A stretch of DNA of 64,000 nucleotides from Deltaproteobacteria bacterium (GCA_947490345.1 CANLGL010000004.1:7147-71146); one strand, 5' to 3'; numbered from the stretch's first letter, positions 35,255 to 45,608 are shown. Numbers and translations are program-made. The notes: generated by a model not told the origin, from the sequence alone.

Positions 35255-35718
35255 TGGGCTGGCGCCACGGTCCGGGCGCGTCGGCCCGACGGGGCTGTCG
35301 AGGCCCTTCTCCGTGCTCGAAGTCGAGCGTCGCCAGCGGATTGCCTGCCCGATCGTAGGCGTGCGTTCGGGTCGATGGGCGGTGCGCCGGCCAGGACGTC
35401 TCGCCAGACCAAGGCGGAGCCAGGGGCGGCACGATGGCGGCGCCTCCCCCGCGACCCGGAACGCGCGCTCCAGGTCCCCTTCCGCCTCCACGATCCACGG
35501 GAGCCACCCGGATATCCATGGCGCCGTCGCCTCCGCCGCGGGCCCAACGCGGTGCGCTGGGCGTGGCCTCCGCGACGCAACGCCGCCGTGCACACAAAAA
35601 AACCGGGCAACCGTATTGACCTCGCGACATTGCCCTGCTACCGTCTTGATGCTGGGGCGCTCGCAGCTGCCATCCTGTCGCGACGCTAACAACTAATCAA
35701 GCTTGTAAGGAGCTTTTC

Positions 35719-37051
35719 ATGCATACCCCCCCCTCGAGTTTTTTCTTCTCGTGACCCGTCGTTCGCCAGCTTCCTCCCGCTGATCGTCCTGGCGTTGGCG
35801 TGCGAGGTGCCGGTGTCGAGCAAGTTCCCGGACACCGGCGACATCGAACGGGGCGGCAATGGCGAGACGACCATGCCGCTGAAGAAGAACTGGAGCGGCG
35901 ATGTCGCAACAGCCTGCAGCAGCGACGGCATCAAGTTCTGGGACCTCTCCGGGCGGAAAATCGTGTCGTACCTGACCAAGGGGATCGAGATCCCGGAGAA
36001 GTTCAAGTCTGCAGATCCGGGCGCTGGCGCGGGAAATGTGCGGACTGAACGGGTCTCCGGCGCCTGCCAGGGCCAGTCAGGCTTCCGCAGCCGAACGTGG
36101 ATCAACGACGGCACGGTCGTTTGGCATGCCAACGGCGCTGCCAACACGCTGCAGCGGTGCAACACCGGCAGCGGCAGCAGTCCGTCCGACGTCTGCACGA
36201 ATGACGACGCCAACGCCTGCTCCGGGACCTACCGCGTGACCATCAGCCCCCCGCCTGCCGCAGTGACCGAATGCAAGCAATTCCATCCGGTGCAGATCGA
36301 CTTGGACCACTCCTTCGTCGCCCGGCGCACTCGCCGCGAGCAGAGCGAACAGTACACCGGGTGGGGCCGCTTCGCGCTGATGCCGTTGTCGGTCCAGGAC
36401 ATGGACGACGATGGGTTGGTCTCGGGCGTCCTGCTTCCGGTGCGGCTGTCGGGCACCGGTTCGATGACCACCGAGTCCTGGGTCACGTCCATCACCCGCG
36501 TCGATACCGGCGGCCCCGCGCTCCGGGTCGTGCGCCAGAACGTCTCGTTCCGGCTCGACCTCGAGGATGCGCTGCAATCCCCGGAGGGGACGAGTGTCGC
36601 GCTGGCGGTCGGCAACCAGTTCGCGCCCGGGCTGGTGCAGGGCTACCCCTACTTTGTCGTCGAGAACGTCGAGGTCGAAGACCTCATGGCCCTGGAGGTC
36701 GATCTGGCCTGGTCCGTCGGTTCGGGCGCCCCGACTACACCGGCCGCGCCGGGCTGGGTGGCCACCACGGCGGACCTTGGTTGTATCGGCGATCAGGCGC
36801 TCACGATCCGCCACGACGCGGACGCCGGCCGGGTCAGCCTGGAGTTGTACGGGAACCCGCTCGCCCTGCGTACCGCCGAGGCTGAGCTTGGCGAAGGCGG
36901 CGCCGTGGAGTTCGTGTTCGACGAGTACGGCCTGGAGTTCGCCGGCAGTCTCACCCCCGGCGCCCAGAGCGCCACCCTCCAGTTGGAGACCGCCCTGGCG
37001 GGAGGCGTCGAGTGGTGCGAACCCGGCACCTACACGCTCCAGCCCGAATGA
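35719..37051 (+). CDS. Hypothetical lipoprotein; the ATG with a strong RBS is out of frame with the body by one base across C8/T6 tracts
   Basis: AAGGAG at 35707-35712 is followed after 6 nt by ATG 35719, and that frame stops at 35752-35754. The long ORF (listed from TTG 35795) is open from 35690 and encodes ...FASFLPLIVLALAC upstream of the TTG. Removing one C from C8 (35726-35733) or one T from T6 (35739-35744) joins them. Confidence 0.6.
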
Positions 37052-37947
37052 TCGCCACGCTCGTCCTGCTCGCCGCCGCCTGCTCGCCCGTGAGCTCGCG
37101 GCCGGTGGACCTGCCCCCTGCCGTCTACGACATCCCCGACCAGCTGGTCATGGGCACCGACGTCCTGTGCACCCGCACCGGCACCAAGGCCTCCTGCATC
37201 GCGGTCGAGCCGTACTCCGGCGGCTACGAGGCGCCACCGGGGGAGTACACCCAACTTGACGGCGGGGGCGGCCAGCTCTGCGGACTCACCACCGCGGGCG
37301 AGGCGCAGTGCTGGTACGACGACGGCGACTTCTCGCCACCCGAGCCCGGCCCGTTCGTGGCGCTGGGCAGCGGGAGCTTCCGAAGCTGCGGCCTGCGCCC
37401 AGATGGCAGCGTGACCTGCTGGTCGTGGCCCGACGCGCAGACTCCGAGCGAGCGACCGGGACCCTACACCGCCGTCGCCGGGGCCACCAAGGTCACCTGC
37501 GGCCTCGGTCCCACCGGCACCATCGAGTGTTGGGACGCATGGAGCCACGACACCGAGCCCCCGACCACCCCCGGCTGGGTGTCGATGGAGGGCTACGGCG
37601 CGTGGGTCTGCGCCCTGAACACCGAGGGCCGCCTGGCCTGCTGGGGAACAACACGCGGGGGCAACGTGCCTCAGACCTCGCCCACCGATGTCGGCTTTCG
37701 CGACGTGGCCATCATGGTCGTCGGCGCCTGCGCGCTCCGGGCGGACCGGGAGGTCACGTGCTGGGGCGCGGACGACGCCGGCACCTTCGACGTGCCTCCG
37801 GGGCCGTTCACGGAGATCGCCGGCGGAAATCGAAGCGTCTGCGGGCTGCGACCGTCGGGCATCATCTCCTGCTGGGGGTGTATCGAGGACGCCAGTTGTC
37901 CTGCGGACTTCGGCGTGGTCGGCGGAGAACTGGCGCGGCTGCCATAG
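37048..37947 (+). CDS. RCC1-like repeat (beta-propeller) lipoprotein
   Basis: The ATG overlaps the upstream TGA (ATGA). Lipobox LVLLAAAC. There are repeated C(G/A)L...G...CWG-type units (QLCGLTTAGEAQCW, RSCGLRPDGSVTCW, VTCGLGPTGTIECW, WVCALNTEGRLACWG, GACALRADREVTCWG, SVCGLRPSGIISCWG). Confidence 0.7.
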   Translation: MIATLVLLAAACSPVSSRPVDLPPAVYDIPDQLVMGTDVLCTRTGTKASCIAVEPYSGGYEAPPGEYTQLDGGGGQLCGLTTAGEAQCWYDDGDFSPPEPGPFVALGSGSFRSCGLRPDGSVTCWSWPDAQTPSERPGPYTAVAGATKVTCGLGPTGTIECWDAWSHDTEPPTTPGWVSMEGYGAWVCALNTEGRLACWGTTRGGNVPQTSPTDVGFRDVAIMVVGACALRADREVTCWGADDAGTFDVPPGPFTEIAGGNRSVCGLRPSGIISCWGCIEDASCPADFGVVGGELARLP

Positions 37948-38063
37948 TCGTCACCACCGCTGGGCGGTCGACGCCCCCCGCCCGCCGTCGAGCGCGCGGG
38001 AGCGCGCAGCGACGAGCGTGAGCCGAACGAAGAGCTGCTGAAAGCCGCTCTCCCGCCCGCTTG

Positions 38064-40169
38064 CTAATCCTCGAGCGCTTCCTTGCGAGAAAGGCGAATC
38101 TTGCCCATGCGGTCGATGTCGATGACGCGGACGAGGACCTCGTCGCCTTCCTGCACCACGTCGGTGACCTGGTTGACGCGCTCTTTGGCGAGGTGGCTGA
38201 TGTGCACCAGACCGTCGGTGCCGGGGAAGATCTCGACGAAGGCGCCGAAGTCGACGATGCGCTTGACCACGCCGACGTAGAGCTTGCCGATCTCGGCCTC
38301 GGCGGTGATCTCGCGGAGCATGGCGATGGCGGCCGCGGACTTGGCCTGGTCGTTGCTGGCGACGTCGATCTTGCCGTCGTCGTGGACGGTGATCTTGCAG
38401 CCGGTCTTGTCCTGCAGGCCACGGATGACCTTGCCCCCGGGCCCGATGACGTCCTTGATCTTCTCGGTCTTGATCTGGATCGTGGTGATCCGCGGCGCCC
38501 AGGGCGACATTTCAGCGCGGTGCGTGGAGATGGTCTTGCCCATCTCGGACAGGATGTGAAGCCGCCCCTCACGCGCCTGCTGGAGCGCCTTGTTCATGAT
38601 CTCGCGGCTGACGCCGGAAATCTTGGTGTCCATCTGGAAGGCGGTGATGCCGGCGGTGGAGCCGGTCACCTTGAAGTCCATGTCACCGAGGTGATCTTCG
38701 TCGCCGAGGATGTCGCTGAGGACCGCGAAGTCGTCGCCTTCTTTGATGAGGCCCATCGCGATGCCGGCCACGGGGGCCTTCATCGGGACGCCCGCATCCA
38801 AGAGCGCGAGGGTCGCGGCGCAGACGCTGCCCATCGAGGACGAGCCGTTGCTTTCGAGCACGTCGCAGCTGGCGCGGATGACGTAGGGGAAGGCCTCCTG
38901 GGCGGGGAGGACGTACTGGACGGCGCGGTGCGCGAGCACACCGTGGCCGATCTCGCGGCGCTTGGGCCCGCGGAGAGGGCTGGCCTCGCCGGTGCAGAAG
39001 GGCGGGAAGTTGTACTGCAACATCCAGCGGCGGAAGGCGCTGGTGGCCCCTGCGAAGTCGATGCGCTGGGCCTCATCGTCGACACCGAGCGCGACGGTCG
39101 CGAACACCTGGGTCTCGCCGCGGGTGAAGACCGCGGAGCCGTGGGCGCGCGCCGAGATGCCGACCTCGGTCCAGATGGGGCGAATCTCGTCCGTGGCGCG
39201 GCCGTCGATGCGCACGCCGGTCGCGATGACCTGACCGCGCATGCCGACCTTGACCAACTTCTCGACCACTTCGAGGGCAGTGACGCCCGCGGCGGCTGCA
39301 GCGGCGCTGTCGGCGATACCCCCGGTGGCGGCAGAAACGGCGGCGGCCTTGGCGGCGGCCATCGCATCCTTACGCTCTTGCTTGCCACGAAGGCCGAGCG
39401 CGGCCTTGACGCCCGCTCCGGCGGCATCCTTGACCTTGGCGACCACGGCCTCGTCGTGCTTGGCCGCTTCCGGGATCGGCCGCTTGGCCACGCTTCCGGT
39501 GAGCTCACGCAGCTTGTCGATCGCGACGCAGATTTTCTTGATGACGCTGTGACCGAGGTCCATCGCGTCGAGCATCTGGGCTTCGGAGACCTCCTTGCCG
39601 CCGCCTTCCACCATGCAGATGGCGTCGGCGGTGCCGGCGACCACGATGTTGAGATCGGCGCCATCGGCCTGGGCGCGGGTGGGGTTGACGTAGAGCTGGC
39701 CGCCGACGCTGACGACGCGCACTGCGGCGGCCGGCTGCTTCAGGGGCACGTCGCTGATGTGGGCGGCGGCGGCGGCCCCGCACACCGTGAGGACATCAGG
39801 GTCGTTGTCGGTGTCGAACGACAACACGGTGCCGATGATCTGGGTCTCGTAGCGCCAGGTCTTCGGAAAGAGCGGGCGGATGGGACGGTCGGTGATGCGG
39901 GCGATCAGGATCTCGCGCTCGTTGCTACGGCCTTCGCGCTTGGGGAAGCTGCCGGGGATCTTGCCGTAGCCGCCGGTGCGGTCCATGTACTCGACGGTCA
40001 GCGGCAGGAAGTCGAAGCGCGCGGGGGTGTGGGCGGCCACGCAGGTGACGAGCACGGCGCTGTCGCCCTGACGGACGACGACCGAACCGGCCGACTGCTT
40101 GGCGTACTTGCCGGTTTCGATGGTGAGGGAACGGCCGCCGACGTCGACGGAAACGGAATGAATTTGCAT
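38064..40169 (-). CDS. pnp: Polyribonucleotide nucleotidyltransferase (PNPase)
   Basis: Full-length match by eye: two RNase PH domains, then KH and S1 ([31 protein letters not shown]). Confidence 0.95.
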   Translation of the reverse strand: MQIHSVSVDVGGRSLTIETGKYAKQSAGSVVVRQGDSAVLVTCVAAHTPARFDFLPLTVEYMDRTGGYGKIPGSFPKREGRSNEREILIARITDRPIRPLFPKTWRYETQIIGTVLSFDTDNDPDVLTVCGAAAAAHISDVPLKQPAAAVRVVSVGGQLYVNPTRAQADGADLNIVVAGTADAICMVEGGGKEVSEAQMLDAMDLGHSVIKKICVAIDKLRELTGSVAKRPIPEAAKHDEAVVAKVKDAAGAGVKAALGLRGKQERKDAMAAAKAAAVSAATGGIADSAAAAAAGVTALEVVEKLVKVGMRGQVIATGVRIDGRATDEIRPIWTEVGISARAHGSAVFTRGETQVFATVALGVDDEAQRIDFAGATSAFRRWMLQYNFPPFCTGEASPLRGPKRREIGHGVLAHRAVQYVLPAQEAFPYVIRASCDVLESNGSSSMGSVCAATLALLDAGVPMKAPVAGIAMGLIKEGDDFAVLSDILGDEDHLGDMDFKVTGSTAGITAFQMDTKISGVSREIMNKALQQAREGRLHILSEMGKTISTHRAEMSPWAPRITTIQIKTEKIKDVIGPGGKVIRGLQDKTGCKITVHDDGKIDVASNDQAKSAAAIAMLREITAEAEIGKLYVGVVKRIVDFGAFVEIFPGTDGLVHISHLAKERVNQVTDVVQEGDEVLVRVIDIDRMGKIRLSRKEALED

Positions 40170-40330
40170 GAGATGCCTTTTTTCTGATTGGAAAAACGCA
40201 CCTTTGACGACCCTACTCCATGAACCGTGGACCTGCTCGGAGCGAGCGTGCCCCAGAAAATCTGGAGGCGCTCAGTCCGCGAAGACCCGCGGAGGCGGGA
40301 CGCGTTGGGGTGCGGGAGATTGAAAGAACG

Positions 40331-40367
40331 GGAGGAAAAGCGCGACGGCGGCCCGTTGGCCGCCGCG
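40331..40367 (-). terminator. rpsO terminator/attenuator hairpin in the rpsO-pnp spacer
   Basis: On the minus strand, 4 nt after the rpsO stop: CGCGGCGGCC-AACG-GGCCGCCG(T)CGCG followed by CTTTTCC. Confidence 0.55.
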
Positions 40368-40370
40368 AGT

Positions 40371-40640
40371 TCAGGAACGAAGCTTGAGTTTCTTGACCAG
40401 CACCGCGTGTCGTGAGGCGCTCTCGGACTTGAGGTACTTCAGGAGCCGTCGGCGTTGGCCGACAAGCGCCAACAGGCCACGGCGACCGTGGTGGTCCTTC
40501 TTGTGGGTGCGGAAGTGCTCAGTGAGCGTATTGATCCGCTCGGTCTGGAGCGCCACCTGCACTTCGGTGCTGCCGGTGTCGGTGTCGTGGGTGCGGAATG
40601 CGGCGACGATTTCGTCCTTCCGCGTGTGATGCAAAGCCAT
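40371..40640 (-). CDS. rpsO: 30S ribosomal protein S15
   Basis: [70 protein letters not shown], 89 aa. ATG verified at 40640. Confidence 0.95.
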   Translation of the reverse strand: MALHHTRKDEIVAAFRTHDTDTGSTEVQVALQTERINTLTEHFRTHKKDHHGRRGLLALVGQRRRLLKYLKSESASRHAVLVKKLKLRS

Positions 40641-40771
40641 GGATACTCCGTTGGTTTCGTCGAACCGCTTCCGCCGGGCATGGCACCCGGACGGCACAGA
40701 AACGACGGGGCGGCTTCTATCGGATTGGTCCCCTCGCGTCAACCGGCGGCGAGCGTTACCGAGCCGGGAAC

Positions 40772-41659
40772 ATGGATCTCGGCCCGGTCGACGCGCGCCT
40801 GCTCTCGGTCCTGCCGCTCCGCCAAAGCTGGATCGTCCTTGCCGAGGCGCCGCCGGAGCGCACGGCGGGGACGCCGCTCCTGCTTGCCAGTAGCGATCCC
40901 GCGGCGCCCGTGCTCGCCGGGGTTGAGATCGACGGCGGCAACTGGATCGGGGCGACCATCGCGACCGCAACGGGCGCGGGTACGCGCTGTGGCGGCACCA
41001 TCGACCGCGTGGCCGAAGCCGCCTGGGTCCAGTGGACAGCTCCGCCCTGGCTCGACACCTGCCCGACGCCCGACTCCTGCCCCGGCACGGTGGCGACCGC
41101 CGCGTGGAGCGTTCCTGGCCGCCACCTGATCGTCGCCCGTCTCGTCCACAACCGCCGCTGTCCGGCGCCGCTCGGCTGGGCACGCGCGGCCGGCTTCGGA
41201 GAGTTTTCCCCGCTTCCCGCCCTCCCCTCCGAGAGCGACGGCCTCACCCATCTCGCGCTCGCTTCGTTCCGGCAACTCCCGGACTGGACCAGCATTCAGG
41301 CGCGCTTTCGGCGCGAGGCCCAGCCCCTCGACGCGCCCGAATGGGACACCAGCGGCGGGAACTACCCCGAGGTGGCCCGCTTCGAGGTCCCCGGCGACCC
41401 GGTCATCACCGTCGCCGCGCAGACCGGCGGATGCCCGGCAGGGTTCACCGCGGAGCTGTCGGCGGCCTTCCGCAAGCGCGTCACCAACGGGGTGATCGAG
41501 CTGGTTCCCGTGAGCCCCGCGGGCGCATCGATGCCTGGGTTTGCACCACAGATCCTCGACGTGATCGGCGATGCCCTGCGCTACGCCGGCAACTTGCGAA
41601 CGGGGGCCTCGGGGCTCGTGGGCGTCGATGCACGGCCGCTGCGGCCGGATGGGTGTTGA
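40772..41659 (+). CDS. Hypothetical protein
   Basis: ATG at 40772, high GC3, balanced composition with W and C residues. The opposite-strand ORF 40739..41716 is Arg-rich and looks like antisense. Confidence 0.5.
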   Translation: MDLGPVDARLLSVLPLRQSWIVLAEAPPERTAGTPLLLASSDPAAPVLAGVEIDGGNWIGATIATATGAGTRCGGTIDRVAEAAWVQWTAPPWLDTCPTPDSCPGTVATAAWSVPGRHLIVARLVHNRRCPAPLGWARAAGFGEFSPLPALPSESDGLTHLALASFRQLPDWTSIQARFRREAQPLDAPEWDTSGGNYPEVARFEVPGDPVITVAAQTGGCPAGFTAELSAAFRKRVTNGVIELVPVSPAGASMPGFAPQILDVIGDALRYAGNLRTGASGLVGVDARPLRPDGC

Positions 41660-41838
41660 CGCACAAAAGTATGCGCTCTGTGAGGGCCTGGTGGTGGTGA
41701 CGGCCGACCGGACCATCGCCGAGTATCCTGGGCGCCGTACGATCTGGGAGTGATCGGGCGGGTCGCCGTGCCTGGCGGCCGGATGGCGGTCAGCAGGGGT
41801 CGGTTGCCGCCGCTCGGCCCGCCCGCTACCCTAAGTGG

Positions 41839-42078
41839 ATGTCGGCTGCGAGAATCACCGATGGGGCTGCGACGCTCGCACACATGCGCCGGGTGGGCCA
41901 GAACCTCACCGCGCTCGACGAGCAGGACCGGCTTGCTGCCGCCCAGGCCGACGGTGGCGACAAGATCGCGGCCGGGCTCCGTCTCGGCGCGGAGCTTGCG
42001 GCCTACCACGCTTTCCCGCCGGACGACGAGCCGGAGGGGCAACTGCTGATGCGACGCTGGCGGTCCTTGAATGGGTGA
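41839..42078 (+). CDS. Small (79 aa) hypothetical protein, upstream partner of the NTase-fold gene
   Basis: Its stop overlaps the next ATG by 8 nt. Three ORFs overlap here; this frame is chosen because of the coupling and codon bias. Confidence 0.45.
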   Translation: MSAARITDGAATLAHMRRVGQNLTALDEQDRLAAAQADGGDKIAAGLRLGAELAAYHAFPPDDEPEGQLLMRRWRSLNG

Positions 42079-42628
42079 TGTCCTGACGCGGCTTCGACGG
42101 GTGTCGACGACGCTTTCGGATGCGATGGTTCCCCATGCGTTCATCGGCGCCATGGGCCGGCTCGCCTGGGGCACCGTGCGCGCGACCAACGACCTGGACG
42201 TCCAGGTGGCCGTCGCGCCAAAGGAGTGGGCGGCGTGCGTCGATGCGCTGGCCACGGCTGGCTTCCGACTCGACCTGGAGTACGGAGACACCGGCCCCCC
42301 ACCCGACAACGCCCGCTTCTACGACGACGTCGGCTTCCGGCTCGACGTCATGACCGACAAAACCCGGTTCCAACAGCAGGTGGTCGCGCGGGCAACGGTG
42401 CAGCGCGTCCTCGGGACCGACATCCTCGTCGAGTCGCCCGAGGACCTCGTCCTGTACAAGCTCATCGCCAGTCGGCCGAAGGACCTCGACGACATCGACG
42501 ACGTCCTTCGCACTCGGCACGTGGCGGGTCTGCCGGTGGATTGGGCCTACATCGAGGGCCACGCCCGCGACTGGGACATGCTCGACGCCGTCCAGATTCT
42601 CCGCGCCCAGTTCGAGAGCCCCCGGTAG
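42071..42628 (+). CDS. Nucleotidyltransferase-fold protein (minimal NTase, toxin-like architecture)
   Basis: FIGAMGRLAWGTVRATNDLDVQV (G-x ... R-x-T-x-DLD) at the N-terminus and PEDLVLYKLIASRPKDLDDIDDVL in the C-terminal helical part. Confidence 0.6.
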   Translation: MGDVLTRLRRVSTTLSDAMVPHAFIGAMGRLAWGTVRATNDLDVQVAVAPKEWAACVDALATAGFRLDLEYGDTGPPPDNARFYDDVGFRLDVMTDKTRFQQQVVARATVQRVLGTDILVESPEDLVLYKLIASRPKDLDDIDDVLRTRHVAGLPVDWAYIEGHARDWDMLDAVQILRAQFESPR

Positions 42629-42637
42629 CCGCCGCCC

Positions 42638-43384
42638 CTACGGCCGAACCGTCACCGCCGAGAACACGAACGAGCCCGCCGTCAGCGCGCTCAACGCGAC
42701 GTTGACGTCCTCGTAGTCATCGGGATGCGCATTCACCAGTCCCGCCACGCCGACTGCGTACACGCCCGGCTTCGAAAACGCCGAGCCCGGCACCTCGACG
42801 ACCAGCTCGTCGGCTGCGTGCGTCAGGCGATACAGCGCTGCGATGTCGGTGGGCATGGAGTCGTAGACGGTCTCGCCGTCCTCCAAGCGCACGACGGTAA
42901 CGACGATATTGTCGTACGTTGCGCCGGTCAGATCGACCACGAGCGGCTCGCCCTTGGCCTGCTCCGCCTCGATGTCCGCCTTGGGGGCGTCCGGCGTCAC
43001 CAGCGCCAACCGGTGGGTGCCGTCTTCACGCTCGACCTCCAAGCTCACCGCGTCGCCGGCGTCCCAGCCCAGGCCATCGGTGGTGTCGGCGACCCAGGCC
43101 CCCTCGGCTTCCGCGCGCAGCGGCACCGCGCCGCCCTCCATCTCCAAAACGATGGTCGCATCGGTGATGACCGGCGCCTCGTCAAGCTCGTCGACGTTGC
43201 TGGCATCGGCCAAGAGCACCCGCGCGGTGCTCCCCGAAGCATAGGCGCTTTCGCCCAGCTCCACGCCCGGCGGCAGCGGCTCGACGCCCATGTACACGCT
43301 CTGCACGACCAGCGGGTTGGTCAGGTCGTCGAAGGCCTCGGAGATCGCCAGAAAGTCGGCGCAACCGACCAGAAGGAGCAGCAT
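42638..43384 (-). CDS. Hypothetical lipoprotein
   Basis: Lipobox MLLLLVGC. Acidic, beta-rich sequence. Confidence 0.6.
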   Translation of the reverse strand: MLLLLVGCADFLAISEAFDDLTNPLVVQSVYMGVEPLPPGVELGESAYASGSTARVLLADASNVDELDEAPVITDATIVLEMEGGAVPLRAEAEGAWVADTTDGLGWDAGDAVSLEVEREDGTHRLALVTPDAPKADIEAEQAKGEPLVVDLTGATYDNIVVTVVRLEDGETVYDSMPTDIAALYRLTHAADELVVEVPGSAFSKPGVYAVGVAGLVNAHPDDYEDVNVALSALTAGSFVFSAVTVRP

Positions 43385-43505
43385 GGGGGGCGGAGCCTCA
43401 CGGGTAGGATCGGATCACCACGGCCCAGGCACGAGAGCGGCGGCCGCCTGTGGCGCCGGGTGCTCGCTCCGGGCCTGCGGCCCTCCACTCCCCCCCTGCC
43501 GCGCG

Positions 43506-43567
43506 GCCGCCGGGCGTCGTGTTCCGGATCACGGGCCGCCGGGCGTCAATTGTCAAGAAAGTGACAA
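43506..43567. promoter_or_regulatory. Direct repeats and a perfect palindrome in a divergent intergenic region
   Basis: GGCCGCCGGGCGTC occurs at 43506-43519 and again at 43535-43548. TTGTCA-AGAAG-TGACAA lies at 43551-43567 in a locally AT-rich patch. Confidence 0.4.
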
Positions 43568-43578
43568 AATCCTGGCCG

Positions 43579-43597
43579 GAGAGAGAGAGAGAGAGAG
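43579..43597. repeat. (GA)9 dinucleotide microsatellite
   Basis: GAGAGAGAGAGAGAGAGAG lies 23 nt upstream of ATG 43621. Confidence 0.95.
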
Positions 43598-43620
43598 TAC
43601 CGCACCAAACGAGGTGTACG

Positions 43621-44004
43621 ATGTTTCGTCGAGGATTTTCCCCCTTCGCATGTGTGTTCTCCCGCGGCAGCACCACCGAACGCTTCTTCCCCACTTCGAT
43701 CGCCGTGCCGACGTCGGCGGTCAAGGCGGTACGGGCGATGATGGAGGTGTTGAACCTCACCGCCGACCTGCGACTGAAATTCGCGTTCCAGGAAAGCGAC
43801 GATCGGGAGGTGTGGCCCGCCACGTTCACTCTCCTGGCAGGGTCTGGCACCAATGTGGACGGCTATTTCCCCGGCGACACCTACGAGACGCTGACCCTCA
43901 CCAAGGCCTGGGTCCGCTTCGGGGTGGTGACCAAGAACGATTCGGCTGGCACCAAGTACGAGTTCGCCTGGGTCTCGATGCGGTTCGATACGCGGGCCTG
44001 CTGA
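43621..44004 (+). CDS. Hypothetical 127-aa protein
   Basis: GAGG lies 6 nt upstream of the ATG. The TGA overlaps the next ATG by 1 nt. No motif recognised. Confidence 0.5.
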   Translation: MFRRGFSPFACVFSRGSTTERFFPTSIAVPTSAVKAVRAMMEVLNLTADLRLKFAFQESDDREVWPATFTLLAGSGTNVDGYFPGDTYETLTLTKAWVRFGVVTKNDSAGTKYEFAWVSMRFDTRAC

Positions 44005-45608
44005 TGGTTGTGCCCCTCCCCGGGCCGATCACTCCCACCATGGTGGCACCGGCGGCGCCGAGTATTGCGTGGTTCGGCCTGACGGACCCGTACGCCTGGG
44101 ACGGGCCGACGACGGCGATCGAGGTTTCCCAGGGAACGGCCACCCGGCTGTACGGGGTGGTCGCCACTTCCACCAGCACGGTTTGTGTGACGGACCGCCA
44201 GACCGGCCTGTACAACCTGTACATGTTCGGCGTCCCGTTCGGGAGCGCAGTCAAGGAACTGGCCGACCGGCCGGGGGACATCGCTCTACAGCAGACGCCC
44301 AACGTCGAGCTTGCGGATCTGCCCGCTCCGTACCCGGAGCAGTGGAACATCGCATACTTGATCTCGACCCCGGGCGACGCCACCTCGCCTGCGTCGGACT
44401 TCAAGTTCGAGCTCGATGCCGGCAACGGCGGTACGTCCGTGCTCGCGTTGAACAGTACCGGGATTCCAAGCCTGACATCCCCTCGGTGGCTCGGTGGCGA
44501 CTACGCCTACGCCCTCTACAAAGACGTCCACGTGCTGGACCTCGGCGAGGGCGGCTGGCTGATGGTTCTGGCCCGATATCACCGGACTGACGGTGCGATT
44601 CTGGGTTTCGGCGCAGACGGCGACGAATCGCCGTCTGCGGACAACAGCTCCGCGGCGATCGTCGGCTACTGGTGCGCGGAGCCGACGTTCACCTCCGAGG
44701 TCAAGGGGCCGTACTTCCTCGTGAGCCGCCAGCACGCCATCGACAAAGCCGGGGTCGCGACAACGGTGGACCTGTGGCTCGGGGTCCCGGCGGCGTGCGA
44801 GGTCTATGATGACGGTCAGTGGTGGCTCTATGTGTATTACACCGCCGAGAGCACCGAGTACGACATCGACGGGACGGTCGCCAGCGCCGTCGACGGCTTC
44901 CAGCCGGGGACCTTCGTTCGCCGCATCCTGATCTCCGACCTTCCCTGGGGAAACGCGGCGGGCGAGGCGTACGCGGACGAGTGGTGGGGCGGACCCTACG
45001 TCGCAGCCACCGACGAGGCGGGGTGGTCGCTTGGCTGGACGCCGAGCCTCGTCAGCGGGGAAGCCCTCGGCAAGGTCAACATCTGGGTGGCGACCGGGGC
45101 TGAGTGGGCGACCTGGGGTGACCCGGCGGCGAATGGCAATCGCTTGTTGTGGGACGAGTACAGCGCGTTGAAGGATGTCGACGCCGTTGTCGTTCGCACC
45201 GACGACGGCCTCTTCCTGTATGTCTCCGCGAATGACACCGGTGAGCGGGACCTCCGCTACCACGCCTGGGGCATCTGGCGCGCGACGGTGGCAAAGGTTC
45301 CCGCCGGGCGAGTCTACGGCACGGATTTCGTCGCGCGTCCGCAGGCGAGTGCGAAGGACTCCGGGGGCACGTACGATCTGGTCGCCCGCTCGAACCCTGA
45401 CCACCAGAACCCGTATTTCGACATAGACTGGTGGGCCGACGGTTCAAAGATGCGGCTCGACCCCGATCCCGTGCGCGTCCCCTCCGGAGAATGGATCGTC
45501 TTCACGGGGGCCGCGAAAGAGGGCGAAACCACCCCTAACTTTGTGCTGGAGCGGTACGAGGCGACGCAGGCCAACGCTGAGCGCACCTACGCTGACGCAT
45601 GGCCGTGA
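44004..45608 (+). CDS. Hypothetical 534-aa protein, W/Y-rich, beta-rich
   Basis: ATG at 44004 is in the TGATG junction. High GC3. The listed ORF 43290..45608 is read-through upstream of this start. Confidence 0.6.
   Translation: MVVPLPGPITPTMVAPAAPSIAWFGLTDPYAWDGPTTAIEVSQGTATRLYGVVATSTSTVCVTDRQTGLYNLYMFGVPFGSAVKELADRPGDIALQQTPNVELADLPAPYPEQWNIAYLISTPGDATSPASDFKFELDAGNGGTSVLALNSTGIPSLTSPRWLGGDYAYALYKDVHVLDLGEGGWLMVLARYHRTDGAILGFGADGDESPSADNSSAAIVGYWCAEPTFTSEVKGPYFLVSRQHAIDKAGVATTVDLWLGVPAACEVYDDGQWWLYVYYTAESTEYDIDGTVASAVDGFQPGTFVRRILISDLPWGNAAGEAYADEWWGGPYVAATDEAGWSLGWTPSLVSGEALGKVNIWVATGAEWATWGDPAANGNRLLWDEYSALKDVDAVVVRTDDGLFLYVSANDTGERDLRYHAWGIWRATVAKVPAGRVYGTDFVARPQASAKDSGGTYDLVARSNPDHQNPYFDIDWWADGSKMRLDPDPVRVPSGEWIVFTGAAKEGETTPNFVLERYEATQANAERTYADAWP

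Noticed and set aside
35238-35692. An Rhs/YD-repeat or other gene remnant in the 35.25-35.70 kb gap (for example HAYDRAGNPLATLDFEHGEG on the minus strand).
   Set aside because: There is a single YD-like motif. Hand tallies of two 60-nt samples showed no consistent codon-position GC periodicity. All six frames are Arg-rich. The region is treated as noncoding or decayed.
43290-45608. The 772-aa ORF, and 43450..44004, as listed from their first start codons.
   Set aside because: The upstream portions are Arg/Ala/Pro-rich read-through across the intergenic repeats. Better-supported starts are ATG 43621 (with GAGG) and ATG 44004 (TGATG coupling).
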